Below, piece by piece: positions 18,057 to 27,912 of a DNA stretch of 64,000 nucleotides. The number at the start of each line of letters is the position of its first letter. Position 1 is the stretch's first letter. The DNA is from Candidatus Borrarchaeum weybense. Its GTDB lineage: Archaea; Asgardarchaeota; Sifarchaeia; Borrarchaeales; Borrarchaeaceae. The notes below the pieces were generated by a model, which saw only the letters and a list, made by a program, of their open reading frames with translations, searched no databases and was not told the DNA's origin. The DNA is taken from NCBI GenBank assembly GCA_019057385.1, contig JAHQJS010000006.1, positions 452,938-516,937 of the forward strand, in the 5' to 3' direction. The position numbers and the translations under genes are program-made.

Positions 18057-19085
18057 GTGATTATCGTGATAACGTGTTCCGCACCTGGCAAGACACATTT
18101 AATCGGTGAACATGCTGTTGTATATGGAGAACCCGCAATAATTATTTCTGTTGGAAAGCGTGCTTATATTTCTGCTGAGAAATCGGAGAGTGTGAAAATC
18201 TATGCACAGGACATTAATCAAAGTGGAGAGTTTTCTATTTCAGAATTGAAAGAGTTTGCAGAAAAACTTCAACAACTGTGGGATAACTGCTTTGAAACAA
18301 AGGATTTCGCTCCACTTTACTCTCTCTTAAAAAATGAACATCTAGGTCACATAAAAGCTATGATCGCTAACACAATGGCAGAACTCGATATTAATGCTCC
18401 TTTCAGTTTAAAAATAAACTCAAATATTCCAATCGGATCTGGATTGGGATCTTCGGCAGCTTTAAGTGTTGCCGTTCCAAAAGTGCTTTCAGAACTCTTT
18501 AGAAAAAATCTGACGTTGGAGGAAATAAATCAAATTGCCTATAAAATAGAAAGCCTTGCTCATGGAACACCAAGCGGGGGCGATAATTCGATTTGTTGTT
18601 ACGGCGGTGCGCTTTGGTTCAAAAAAGGAACTCCAAATGTAATCGAGCCGTTACATTTAGACTTTACAATGAAAAACTTTGTTTTAGTGTTTACAGGTAT
18701 TCCCAAGTTGACTACTGGAGAACTTGTTTCTAACGTACGCTCTTTAGATCCTGAATATAGAGACATGCGTATAAAACAGCTAGGTGCGTATACTTATGAA
18801 ATGAGGGATTGTTTGACTGAACAAAATTTCACGAGAATAAAAGAATTGATGAATTTGGCACAAGAACTGCTTGCAGAACTGGGTGTGTCTATTGAAGCAA
18901 TTGATGAAATTCATAACGCAGTAAAGTCTATAGGCGGTGGGGCGAAATTATCTGGTGCCGGTGGAGGCGGTTATATGGTTTGTTATCATGAAGATCTGCA
19001 ATTACTCAAAAAATTCATAAAGGAATTAGGATACGTGCCCGAACAAGTCGAATTAGGTGTTGAAGGAGTGCGGGTCGAAAAATAA
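18057..19085 (+). CDS. mvk: Mevalonate kinase
   Basis: APGK..GEHAVVYG, PIGSGLGSSAA, HGTPSGGD, KLSGAGGGG. Confidence 0.92.
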   Translation: MIIVITCSAPGKTHLIGEHAVVYGEPAIIISVGKRAYISAEKSESVKIYAQDINQSGEFSISELKEFAEKLQQLWDNCFETKDFAPLYSLLKNEHLGHIKAMIANTMAELDINAPFSLKINSNIPIGSGLGSSAALSVAVPKVLSELFRKNLTLEEINQIAYKIESLAHGTPSGGDNSICCYGGALWFKKGTPNVIEPLHLDFTMKNFVLVFTGIPKLTTGELVSNVRSLDPEYRDMRIKQLGAYTYEMRDCLTEQNFTRIKELMNLAQELLAELGVSIEAIDEIHNAVKSIGGGAKLSGAGGGGYMVCYHEDLQLLKKFIKELGYVPEQVELGVEGVRVEK

Positions 19086-19280
19086 ACTTTGAGCGATATC
19101 TGTTGCTGATAAGTTATGGTTTTGTTGTAGTTTAACGAGGTCCTATTTACTTGATGTTTATATACTCTTGTTTTTTATATCTCTTATTAATTGTATTTTG
19201 TAATGTTTCGTGAAGTACGATTAGTCATTTCTTAATCTCAAAAATGTAAATCATTTGCCTTTACTTGGAGATGTGCATTC

Positions 19281-20642
19281 ATGCGACATAAACTTGTAAC
19301 TTTCCTAAAAGAGCATAAATATCCATTAATTGAAATCAAAGATCTTGCCATAAGAATTTTAAAATGGCTGGTATTAGCTAGTATTATTGGTTTTTCTGTT
19401 GGCCTAGTTACGGTACTTTTCCAAATTGGCTTAGTTGAAGCCATCTCAAATCTTACCTCGATAAAATTAATATGGCTACTTTTTTTTCTTCCTCCCTTAG
19501 GATTGTTTCTTAGTGGACTTTTGACAGGATACATCGCACCAGAAGCGAGAGGTCATGGAACAGATGCCATTATTGGGGCTTATCACGAACAGACAATAAC
19601 TCGACTTAGAGTTATCTTCGCAAAACTTATTGCGAGTATAATTACCATCGCTTTTGGTGGCTCAGCAGGACGCGAAGGTCCAGCGATCCAAATGGGGGGT
19701 GGAGTCAGTACGAATACAGGGAAAGCAATGGGTGTCAGTTTTGCTGATAGGAAAATCCTTACCCTATGTGGTATGAGCGCTGCGTTTTCAAGCGTTTTTA
19801 TTTCTCCTCTTTCAGGCGCGCTTTTCTCATGTGAAGTTGTGTTTAGAGATGACATCGAATATCATGGTTTACTCCCTGCAGCAGTTTCAAGTATTGTCGG
19901 TTTCCTTACGTATCAAGCGCTACTTCCAGAACAATTAAGTGAGGAATTGATCTTTGTGAGGATTCCAGCGTATACTTTTGAGCCATTCCATATTCTTTAT
20001 TTTTTGGTGTTAGCAGTATGCTGCGGCCTTGTAGGTTTTTTGCATATCAAAGTTTTATATTTTCTTGATGAACTATTTTTAAAGTGGGATCGTCCCGAAT
20101 ATATGAGAACTATGGTAGGTGGTGTATTAACAAGCCTTATAGCCTTAGCGTTGTGTATAGCAAGTATACTCCTCAATCTCGATTTTTCTGAGGGCTTTCG
20201 TATTTATGGCCTTGGCTGGAGTACCGTGAACTTACTAATAGACTCTCCATTTTTTTTCCCGCTCCTATTCTTGATATTCTTGTTAATTGCAAAAATGTTA
20301 GCCACAGCATCTACCATTGGTTCTGGTGGGTCAGGAGGTATTGTCTCTCCATCTCTATTTATCGGTGCGATTCTAGGTCTAATAATTGGTCTTATGTTGA
20401 ATTTTAATCCTCAGGTTATGGCTATTATAGGTGCTGTATGCCTTTTCGCTGCTATTGCACATATTCCCATCACTGGAGCCCTCCTGTGTGGTGAATTATT
20501 TAGTTTTCAATATGTGATTCCTGCTATCCTCGTAGGTGTTATAGGCTCATGGATTGCTTCAGAGGACAGCATTTACAGAAGTACTCTCATTAGCAGAAGA
20601 AAACCTTTAAAAGTCGCTCATAAATATCGCATAATCAAGTGA
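19281..20642 (+). CDS. CLC-family chloride channel/antiporter
   Basis: GHGTD, GSAGREGP, GGSGGIVSPSLFIGA. Confidence 0.92.
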   Translation: MRHKLVTFLKEHKYPLIEIKDLAIRILKWLVLASIIGFSVGLVTVLFQIGLVEAISNLTSIKLIWLLFFLPPLGLFLSGLLTGYIAPEARGHGTDAIIGAYHEQTITRLRVIFAKLIASIITIAFGGSAGREGPAIQMGGGVSTNTGKAMGVSFADRKILTLCGMSAAFSSVFISPLSGALFSCEVVFRDDIEYHGLLPAAVSSIVGFLTYQALLPEQLSEELIFVRIPAYTFEPFHILYFLVLAVCCGLVGFLHIKVLYFLDELFLKWDRPEYMRTMVGGVLTSLIALALCIASILLNLDFSEGFRIYGLGWSTVNLLIDSPFFFPLLFLIFLLIAKMLATASTIGSGGSGGIVSPSLFIGAILGLIIGLMLNFNPQVMAIIGAVCLFAAIAHIPITGALLCGELFSFQYVIPAILVGVIGSWIASEDSIYRSTLISRRKPLKVAHKYRIIK

Positions 20643-20727
20643 TTCTCATAGAAAACAATTTAGGATTTGATGGGCTGAGAAAGGAGTTACAACTGATATA
20701 ACCACATTAGACAATGGAGGGTCTGAA

Positions 20728-21360
20728 ATTAAGGTGTTAATAGTTGGAGGAGGGAGAGTTGGAGAAGAAACTGCTAAATTACTCACAGAAGGAAAAAAGC
20801 ATAAAGTAACTCTCATAGATTGCGATTTAGGACGTTGTGAAGCTCTCTCTGAGGGTCTGGGACACGAAATATTTTGCGGCGATGGAACGTTGCCTCATAC
20901 TCTAGAAGAGGTAGGTGTACAAGACACACAATTTTTTTTAGCGTTAGCTGATGACGATAAAACTAACGTTTTATGTGCAATGTTAGCACAGTCGTATAAT
21001 GTTCCCTCCATTTATGCACGAATAAAAGATCCCAAGTGGATTGAAGCGTGTGAGCGACTTGGCATTGATGTTATCGATCCTGCACAAATAATGGCCTATA
21101 ATATTGATGCAAGGATTAGAGGTGATACCTTTCTAGAATTTCTTGAGGAAGTTACCCGGGATGCTGACTTTAAAATGATTCGAATATCTCCTGATACAAA
21201 AAAAGAGCAGAATATCGTTGGTTTTGAAAAAAAACGCCATATTCATGTTATTGGAATACTGAGAAAAGGTACTTTTATTGTACCTACCACTGAAGAAAAA
21301 ATTAAACCAAATGACACGGTAGCCTATATGACCCGGCGAAAAAACCTGCATCTTTTCTAA
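20728..21360 (+). CDS. TrkA-family RCK protein (N+C domains); probable ATT start giving MKVLIVGGG
   Basis: GGGRVG Rossmann motif, GDGT, DDKTN; SD GGAGG 7 nt before ATT 20728 (GTG 20734 is the alternative). Confidence 0.85.
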   Translation: MKVLIVGGGRVGEETAKLLTEGKKHKVTLIDCDLGRCEALSEGLGHEIFCGDGTLPHTLEEVGVQDTQFFLALADDDKTNVLCAMLAQSYNVPSIYARIKDPKWIEACERLGIDVIDPAQIMAYNIDARIRGDTFLEFLEEVTRDADFKMIRISPDTKKEQNIVGFEKKRHIHVIGILRKGTFIVPTTEEKIKPNDTVAYMTRRKNLHLF

Positions 21361-21556
21361 TGACCAATCATTATTTAGCAAATTTTTCTTTTTATTTCAG
21401 AAATTTTTTGATATCATGATGGAATATTTGCTTTTTCTTTGAAAGTAAAGACGAAAAGGTCGCCTTTCAAATAGCTTGATTACAAATATTTCCCTTAGAT
21501 CATTATCGTACTTCTACAAACGAAAAACAATATAATAGAAATCTCTCTTATTTATA

Positions 21557-21826
21557 ATGGCATATAATATTGATGCACGCATTCGAGGAAATACTTTTCT
21601 TGAGTTTTTAGAGGAAATGACCAAAGATGCAGAATTTAAAATGATTAGAATACATTCCGATTCGTCAAATGAACAAAATATCATAGATTTTGAAAGGAAA
21701 CGGCACCTTCATGTTGTTGGAGTTATGAGAAGTGGTGCTTTTATCGTGCCTACTCCAGAAACGTCACTAAAGCCAAATGATACAGTAGCTTGTTTAAACA
21801 AGAAAAAGGGTTTAAATCTTTTTTAA
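21557..21826 (+). CDS. Stand-alone TrkA-C (RCK-C) paralog
   Basis: Aligns to the C-terminal 89 aa of the preceding gene from its internal Met (MAYNIDARIRG). Confidence 0.7.
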   Translation: MAYNIDARIRGNTFLEFLEEMTKDAEFKMIRIHSDSSNEQNIIDFERKRHLHVVGVMRSGAFIVPTPETSLKPNDTVACLNKKKGLNLF

Positions 21827-22464
21827 TTAGTATCTTTTTTTGTATGTGTTCCTTCTTTTGTTTCATTGTGTTCCTCTAAAATGGATGAATCGATCGCTTT
21901 AACACACTTTTCTACCTGTTTGAAATTCACATCAGTATTATAGCAACCTTCTTTCGTCAAAAGTACACTTTGCGTAACTACTCCATGTTTTTCACAGACA
22001 AGATTACCTAAAAAAACCTCTTTATTACATGCGACTCCAATTACGGCTTTTGGATTGAACTCTGCAAATATCTTCTCGATTACTGATCCTCCTCTGACGA
22101 TGAACAGCGCCGCATATCCTAACTCTTTAGCAAGGTTTTTTATTCTACTAATTCCGCATCTTCCACAGTCTACACATTTGTATCCCCATTCATCTTGTTT
22201 AGCCTCACAATCGGGATTTCGAAGACATTGGGGGAAAAGGATTATTCTTTCGTTGTAGGGTGTAGAGAGAAATGTGTCTTTATATGCTTCATTCTTCATT
22301 TGATTAAAAAGAGCTAAGATTTCCGTTTCATCTACTCCAAATCTAGTAGCCAGTTTTTCTAAACTAATAGTTAGTACTTGCGCCTGTTTTTGTTGGCTTA
22401 GCTTTCGCAGAAACCCCATAAGTATTGTATTCTTTGATGGATTTCCTTTCGAATCCTCGCTCAT
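21823..22464 (-). CDS. DUF116-family Cys-rich protein
   Basis: PQCLR..C..CVDCGRC, GGS, GVAC, GC. Confidence 0.8.
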   Translation of the reverse strand: MSEDSKGNPSKNTILMGFLRKLSQQKQAQVLTISLEKLATRFGVDETEILALFNQMKNEAYKDTFLSTPYNERIILFPQCLRNPDCEAKQDEWGYKCVDCGRCGISRIKNLAKELGYAALFIVRGGSVIEKIFAEFNPKAVIGVACNKEVFLGNLVCEKHGVVTQSVLLTKEGCYNTDVNFKQVEKCVKAIDSSILEEHNETKEGTHTKKDTN

Positions 22465-22782
22465 TAATTTCCCAGCTCTCTATTTGTACAAATGCGTTTG
22501 CAGAAGTCTATGTTATAATTCAATAGATAATTAATTGAAAAATCTTCCCTTAGATTCAACAAAGTTTGCCAGAAACACATCTTTGACTTCACTTTTTTGT
22601 TTTACGCAGAATATCTTGCATGTTAACATTTTTTTCTTTTCAAGATTATTTAATTTTTGAATTTCGCTAAACTTTAGTTTCCATCGATCATTTAATTGCA
22701 TAAATCGTAAAAGCATTTAACTAGTTAGTATTTTTCATAATTCTATACGAAATCTTTGTATGAATGAAGTTCATTTTAAGAT

Positions 22783-23355
22783 GTGGATATCTTGTCCGAG
22801 GCTCCAAAATTCATATTCGAGTGCCAAAAGACTGGCAGATGTTGTTATTTAAGAGATCCTATCAAAATATACGATATCGACTTAGCTCGATGGTGGACCG
22901 ATGGATCGTTTGGTACTGTTTTTCCTCATTTAAAACTTCATCTAACAGAGGCTCTAGTCCCAAATGAAATAAAAATAGAGAAGACAATCCTTCAGGAAAA
23001 TGAAAAAAGGCCTGATGAAGACAAATTTGATTCAGTCTGTCCATTATTAAACCGTGATACAAAAGAATGCACTATTTATTCAACACGTCCCATTACGTGT
23101 AAAGCTTTTCCGTTAGGATACAATGGAGAGAATTTTATTATTAGGGATTTAGAATGTCCTGGCATCGATAAAGGTATTATGACCACTGAACGTCTAAAAA
23201 CCGTACGTACTGCAGCAAAAAGAGAATACACTTCCAATAATAGAACTATGACTTTATTACCCGCCATTCATAGTCTGATAATGAAAGAGTTAACCGAATT
23301 GGCCATGAAAGAAGCCGAAGCTCAAAAAAGAACTGATATATCTGATTCTGAATAA
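22783..23355 (+). CDS. YkgJ-family (CxxCxxCC) cluster protein
   Basis: FECQKTGRCC, CPLL..CTIYSTRPITCKAFP, CPG. Confidence 0.85.
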   Translation: MDILSEAPKFIFECQKTGRCCYLRDPIKIYDIDLARWWTDGSFGTVFPHLKLHLTEALVPNEIKIEKTILQENEKRPDEDKFDSVCPLLNRDTKECTIYSTRPITCKAFPLGYNGENFIIRDLECPGIDKGIMTTERLKTVRTAAKREYTSNNRTMTLLPAIHSLIMKELTELAMKEAEAQKRTDISDSE

Positions 23356-23367
23356 CTATTTTTAATT

Positions 23368-26300
23368 TCACTCGATTTCAAGTAGTTGTTTAACATCCAT
23401 CCCTAATTCCATGGCACGTAATGTGATTTCTCTTTCGTCTAAATGAAGAATCAAGTTTTGCAAAGGAAAGTTTGCGTTAAGTTGTTTGAGAACAAAGATA
23501 CATCTTTTTAGGACTTTCACTGCACGATCAAAATCATCAAAAGCTAATTGATCTGAGAGATTTTCAAACACTCTAGTCATGCCGATAAAGTCCTCAAAAC
23601 TGCGGAAGTGATCAGCGGCCTTATAAGCGTATTCTACCATTAAATCTTGACTGAATTCTTGAACTAGAAATGAAAATTTCTCGTATAATTTTGCACTTAT
23701 TCGTGCTCTGTTTTCTACTTGTAATGTCTGTATAACTTCCTCAAAAACTGCCCTAGCCGCCTCAATAAATTCCGCACTTGTGAATTCTTCAGAAAGGCTT
23801 AAAAGAAGGTTCTCTAAAGTTTTAAGATCTTTAACTTCAGAGACTAATGTTTGAACAAACTTTTGTGCAGCTCTAACACCTTCTGTTTTCAATAGTTTTT
23901 GGATAGCTTGCTTTGCATATTCTTCAGCGGCATCAGGATTCTTAATTGTGTAATATATCTTTATAATTTCAAGCGTAAATTGAGCACTATCTTCATATCT
24001 TCCTAAAGTATCAAGTTTGTCTATATATTTCTGCGCAATATCAATAGCCTTAGTTGGATCGTGAGCTTTAGTGATCTCAATTGCAGTTAACATCATTGTA
24101 TTTGCCAGTTCAATATTTTGAGTTTCTGCGGCTAGCAGTTTTTTAACAAATCGAATGCAAAGTGCTGCGGCGTTTGTCCATTCTTCCGTCTTCGCTTTCA
24201 ATTCAGCCAGGGTTTTGATTATTTCAGCTTGATCAGTTATTTTGAATTGATCATTTGTTTCAAAGGACTCAACAAGTTCCTGTAAAAAATTAATTGCATC
24301 ATCATGTTTTTCTGATTTGAAGAAGTGGTGAGCCGCTGTCTTAGCATGCTTAACAGCACGATTGCACTGATTTAAAGAAATCAATTGTTCACAGAATTCT
24401 CTACTGATTATAGCTGCAATCGTCTCTCTATGTTCAGCGAGATTCATCTCAACAATAAACTCAATTAATTTTTCAGCCCATCCAATATCTCCAGTTTCAA
24501 CTATCTGATCTTTATATTGTGTAAGCAGCACAGTCCCTTTCCCTATGCCTTTAGATGCTTTAAAAAACTCCCTAAGTTGTGTGATGTATTCATATGCAGT
24601 TTCATAGTTTTTCTGCTGAATCAAAAATTCAATAAATGGCTTTAAAATATCTATTCCTGCGTTATAATCGTGATCAACATTAATTGCCCGGTTTAAAAGT
24701 TGTTCAGTCAATTTCTTTGCTAAACTTAAGTCTTTGTCTTGTAAAATCTCTCTGTGTTCCGCTAATATAGTATATGCACTATCTATGTCTGCCATTTCTT
24801 CATAAAGTGTCGCTACCTGAGTGATGTATTCTAAGCAACTCGCGTAGACTTCGTTTTTAATTAGAATATCAATTGTATTCTCTAAGATTGGAATAAGCAA
24901 TCTGAGTAAACGCTTTTCTTGATAATAATCAGTGATGTATGAAATAACTTTGAAGCCTTCTTCTGATTTCGAATTGACAAATATCTCATACGTGTCTAAA
25001 TAAACTTTAATCGCTGTATAGGTATCTCCAGATGCTTCATAGGACTCATAAGCTTTTTCTAGATATTCTAAAGCAAGGCTATAGTTCTCGGTTTTAAGAA
25101 TCGCTTTTGCAAATGAAAAATTAAATTCAGCAACTCGTTTTGGTGCATTTGGTCCTCCAAGTTGTGAGATATATTCACTAACCTGATTAATAAACTCTGT
25201 AGCTAGATGCAAATCATCATCTTTGCATAACATCGGAAGCGCTTTTTCGTTATAAATTTTAAGTGCTTCATCGATATCTTCAGTATATTCTATTAATGTG
25301 AATAAACGATCAATGACTTCCTTAGCTTCACCAATTTCCTTCATTTTAGCTGCTGAACTTAGTGTTATTTCAGCTGTTTTATCAAAATCATCTTCATAAG
25401 ATTGTATGGCGAAATCTGTAAATGTAATCAGATATTCACGTGCTTCACTCATCTGGTTGATCTTGATCAGGTCATCAACGGTTTCAAAGCCAAACTTAAC
25501 GATTTTTTCAAATTCCTTTTGTTCAATGAAAATCTTTATGACAGCATTTACAAACTCTAAAGCTATAAGATATTTCTTTTCTTCTTCTTTCATTAGTCTT
25601 TTTGAAAGAGTAGATGCAAGTTCAAGTACTAGATCATCTTTACCTTCCTCTTGGAAATACTTAAAGCCCCTTTGCGAGAGTATAACTGCTTCTTCTTCCA
25701 ATCTTTCATTTTCTGAAAGTAAATTGATAGCTTTTTCAGCAGTCTCCAGTAGATCAAATCGATCTTCTAACGTTTCATAAAAATTAAGTGCTGATGTAAA
25801 GAATTCAACAATCTCTTCTTTAACTAAATTGTTCAATTCGTGATCATCTTCCGATACCTGGTCAAAATTGTTTAACAGGAATTCCCCGTATTCAACCGAA
25901 TACTCCGCAAGTGTTCTCATTAGATCGGCTTTTTGTAATACTTCAACCGTTCTCTTCATATATTGAATAATTACACGTAAATCAACTCGATATTCTGAAT
26001 AACGTTTTATCAATGCATCTACTAGCATACTACAAAGTTTTGAAGCATCTAATAGCTGCCCTCGCTCAATTAATTTATTGATACTTTCATCCGCAAACTC
26101 AATGAAGAGATCAATATCTAATTCTAATAACTGCTCTGTAATATTCATTCTTAGTTTATTGGCATCAGAATATTTTTCTCGCATATCAAGCAATGAAATT
26201 GCTTTTGAACCGAATTTTATTACGCCTAGTGAGTTCTTCAACTCACCGAATTTCCTTAATAACTCAATTGAAAGTTCTGTCGCTTTTTCAATATCTTTAT

Positions 26301-27528
26301 TTTCTTGAACAACCTGTAAGAAATGTTCAACTGCTTGATTGATAACAAGTTCCTCTTGAGGCCTTTGTCGGAGTTCCTGTATTACCTGTAGTACTTTTTC
26401 TGCCGCTAACAAAGCAGCTGATAAAGAAATTTGCGGAATTCCTTGATTCAATACTCTTGCTATGTCTTCGTCAGTGAGTTCATTAATTTGTAACGTTTTT
26501 GACAAACTCTCTCCTGTATTAGTCGAAGAAAATGAGAGAAGCCATTTGTCCGCTCCACGTCGATAAATATGTCCAGTTACGTCTTCCACATGTGCGATCC
26601 GGATGTCTTTTAGAAAGGCCATTCTTTCCTCGTCTTTCACACTGTCTTTCATCAACTCAATATAACGATCAACATCTTTAGCAGTTCTTAATTCTTTTAC
26701 GATTTCTTCCAGTGAAGGCATTTCTTCGATAGATATCTCATCACCACTTGATACTGAAACCTCTTCTTTCGGAAAATATTCTTCGATGTTGTTTAAGACG
26801 TCAACAAGTTTTTCTGCAGCATCATATGCTCCTGAAAAGGAAAAAAATTCTAACTGCTCATTTAACTTATCTGCAACATCATCTACAACTGTTGATGAAA
26901 TATTTATTGCGAATGGGCTCTCTGATCGTCCATGAATTGCCATTATTTGCCATTCATTTGGACTTCTCGCATGAATTTGAAGTGTGGTTTTTCCGCCCTC
27001 TACTACTATCTCTTTTATTAACAGTTCGGGCTTTTCTTCTGAGATTTCGCTTATGGGTGTTTCAATAGTTTCTGAAAGTGGTGTTTCTGTTTCTTTAATT
27101 TCTTCAACTTCAACAAGAGTCTCTTTTGTTTCTTCAGTTTCACTAATATCGGTAAGAGGAATTTCTTCTTCTTCTTCAATTTCTGCTACGTCTTCAGGTG
27201 TCTTATTCAGAACATCCATGTCATCTCTGTTCTGCCATGTGTAATTATCTGGGTTTTCTATGACATCTAAAACCTTATTAACAGCGGCTTTCAATCCTGA
27301 GATCCCATATGATGAGAAATAATCAGCCATATTCTCTGTAATTGATTCAATAAGTTTGTCTTGATCAGGGTTGAGAATATTTCCCTTAAATAATACTGCT
27401 GATCCGTCTTTAACAAATGTAAAAGACCATAAGTACTTTCCTTTTTTTTCGATATAGCAAGCTACACTTTCTGTATATGGTAACTCTATTACAGCGACAT
27501 TTTCTTCTGTTGACATTAGACAACCCAT
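23368..27528 (-). CDS. Large alpha-solenoid (TPR-like) protein with three N-terminal repeated modules
   Basis: About 950 aa of amphipathic helical repeats (e.g. ALEYLEKAYESYEASGD); repeated W-containing modules in the N-terminal 390 aa. Confidence 0.7.
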   Translation of the reverse strand: MGCLMSTEENVAVIELPYTESVACYIEKKGKYLWSFTFVKDGSAVLFKGNILNPDQDKLIESITENMADYFSSYGISGLKAAVNKVLDVIENPDNYTWQNRDDMDVLNKTPEDVAEIEEEEEIPLTDISETEETKETLVEVEEIKETETPLSETIETPISEISEEKPELLIKEIVVEGGKTTLQIHARSPNEWQIMAIHGRSESPFAINISSTVVDDVADKLNEQLEFFSFSGAYDAAEKLVDVLNNIEEYFPKEEVSVSSGDEISIEEMPSLEEIVKELRTAKDVDRYIELMKDSVKDEERMAFLKDIRIAHVEDVTGHIYRRGADKWLLSFSSTNTGESLSKTLQINELTDEDIARVLNQGIPQISLSAALLAAEKVLQVIQELRQRPQEELVINQAVEHFLQVVQENKDIEKATELSIELLRKFGELKNSLGVIKFGSKAISLLDMREKYSDANKLRMNITEQLLELDIDLFIEFADESINKLIERGQLLDASKLCSMLVDALIKRYSEYRVDLRVIIQYMKRTVEVLQKADLMRTLAEYSVEYGEFLLNNFDQVSEDDHELNNLVKEEIVEFFTSALNFYETLEDRFDLLETAEKAINLLSENERLEEEAVILSQRGFKYFQEEGKDDLVLELASTLSKRLMKEEEKKYLIALEFVNAVIKIFIEQKEFEKIVKFGFETVDDLIKINQMSEAREYLITFTDFAIQSYEDDFDKTAEITLSSAAKMKEIGEAKEVIDRLFTLIEYTEDIDEALKIYNEKALPMLCKDDDLHLATEFINQVSEYISQLGGPNAPKRVAEFNFSFAKAILKTENYSLALEYLEKAYESYEASGDTYTAIKVYLDTYEIFVNSKSEEGFKVISYITDYYQEKRLLRLLIPILENTIDILIKNEVYASCLEYITQVATLYEEMADIDSAYTILAEHREILQDKDLSLAKKLTEQLLNRAINVDHDYNAGIDILKPFIEFLIQQKNYETAYEYITQLREFFKASKGIGKGTVLLTQYKDQIVETGDIGWAEKLIEFIVEMNLAEHRETIAAIISREFCEQLISLNQCNRAVKHAKTAAHHFFKSEKHDDAINFLQELVESFETNDQFKITDQAEIIKTLAELKAKTEEWTNAAALCIRFVKKLLAAETQNIELANTMMLTAIEITKAHDPTKAIDIAQKYIDKLDTLGRYEDSAQFTLEIIKIYYTIKNPDAAEEYAKQAIQKLLKTEGVRAAQKFVQTLVSEVKDLKTLENLLLSLSEEFTSAEFIEAARAVFEEVIQTLQVENRARISAKLYEKFSFLVQEFSQDLMVEYAYKAADHFRSFEDFIGMTRVFENLSDQLAFDDFDRAVKVLKRCIFVLKQLNANFPLQNLILHLDEREITLRAMELGMDVKQLLEIE

Positions 27529-27912
27529 TCTATTGACATTTGTTGTTATTTAGATTTTTAACTAACTTTACGTGAATTTCTGGTGATTATAAACATCCCT
27601 GTTCGTGAATAAGCTCATTCAGCAGATCAATATAATTCTCATCTACACAAAATATATTTCTTCCGATGTTTATTAAATCAGTGCTTGGGTTTAGATGGAG
27701 CAGAAAAACGCTATACTGTGAATTAATGTGTAGATGTTGTTTCTAACGAGATTAACGAAATTATTAATCAGCATTTTACAATAAAGACATCTATCTTCCC
27801 ATCTCTTAGTTTAGTTTGTTCTAATGATGAAGATTTATGTTAATTCAAAAAATCTTTAAGGTAAAAGCAGTATTGTGGATAGGCAAGAAAACGTTCAATA
27901 TTGGGGATTTAT

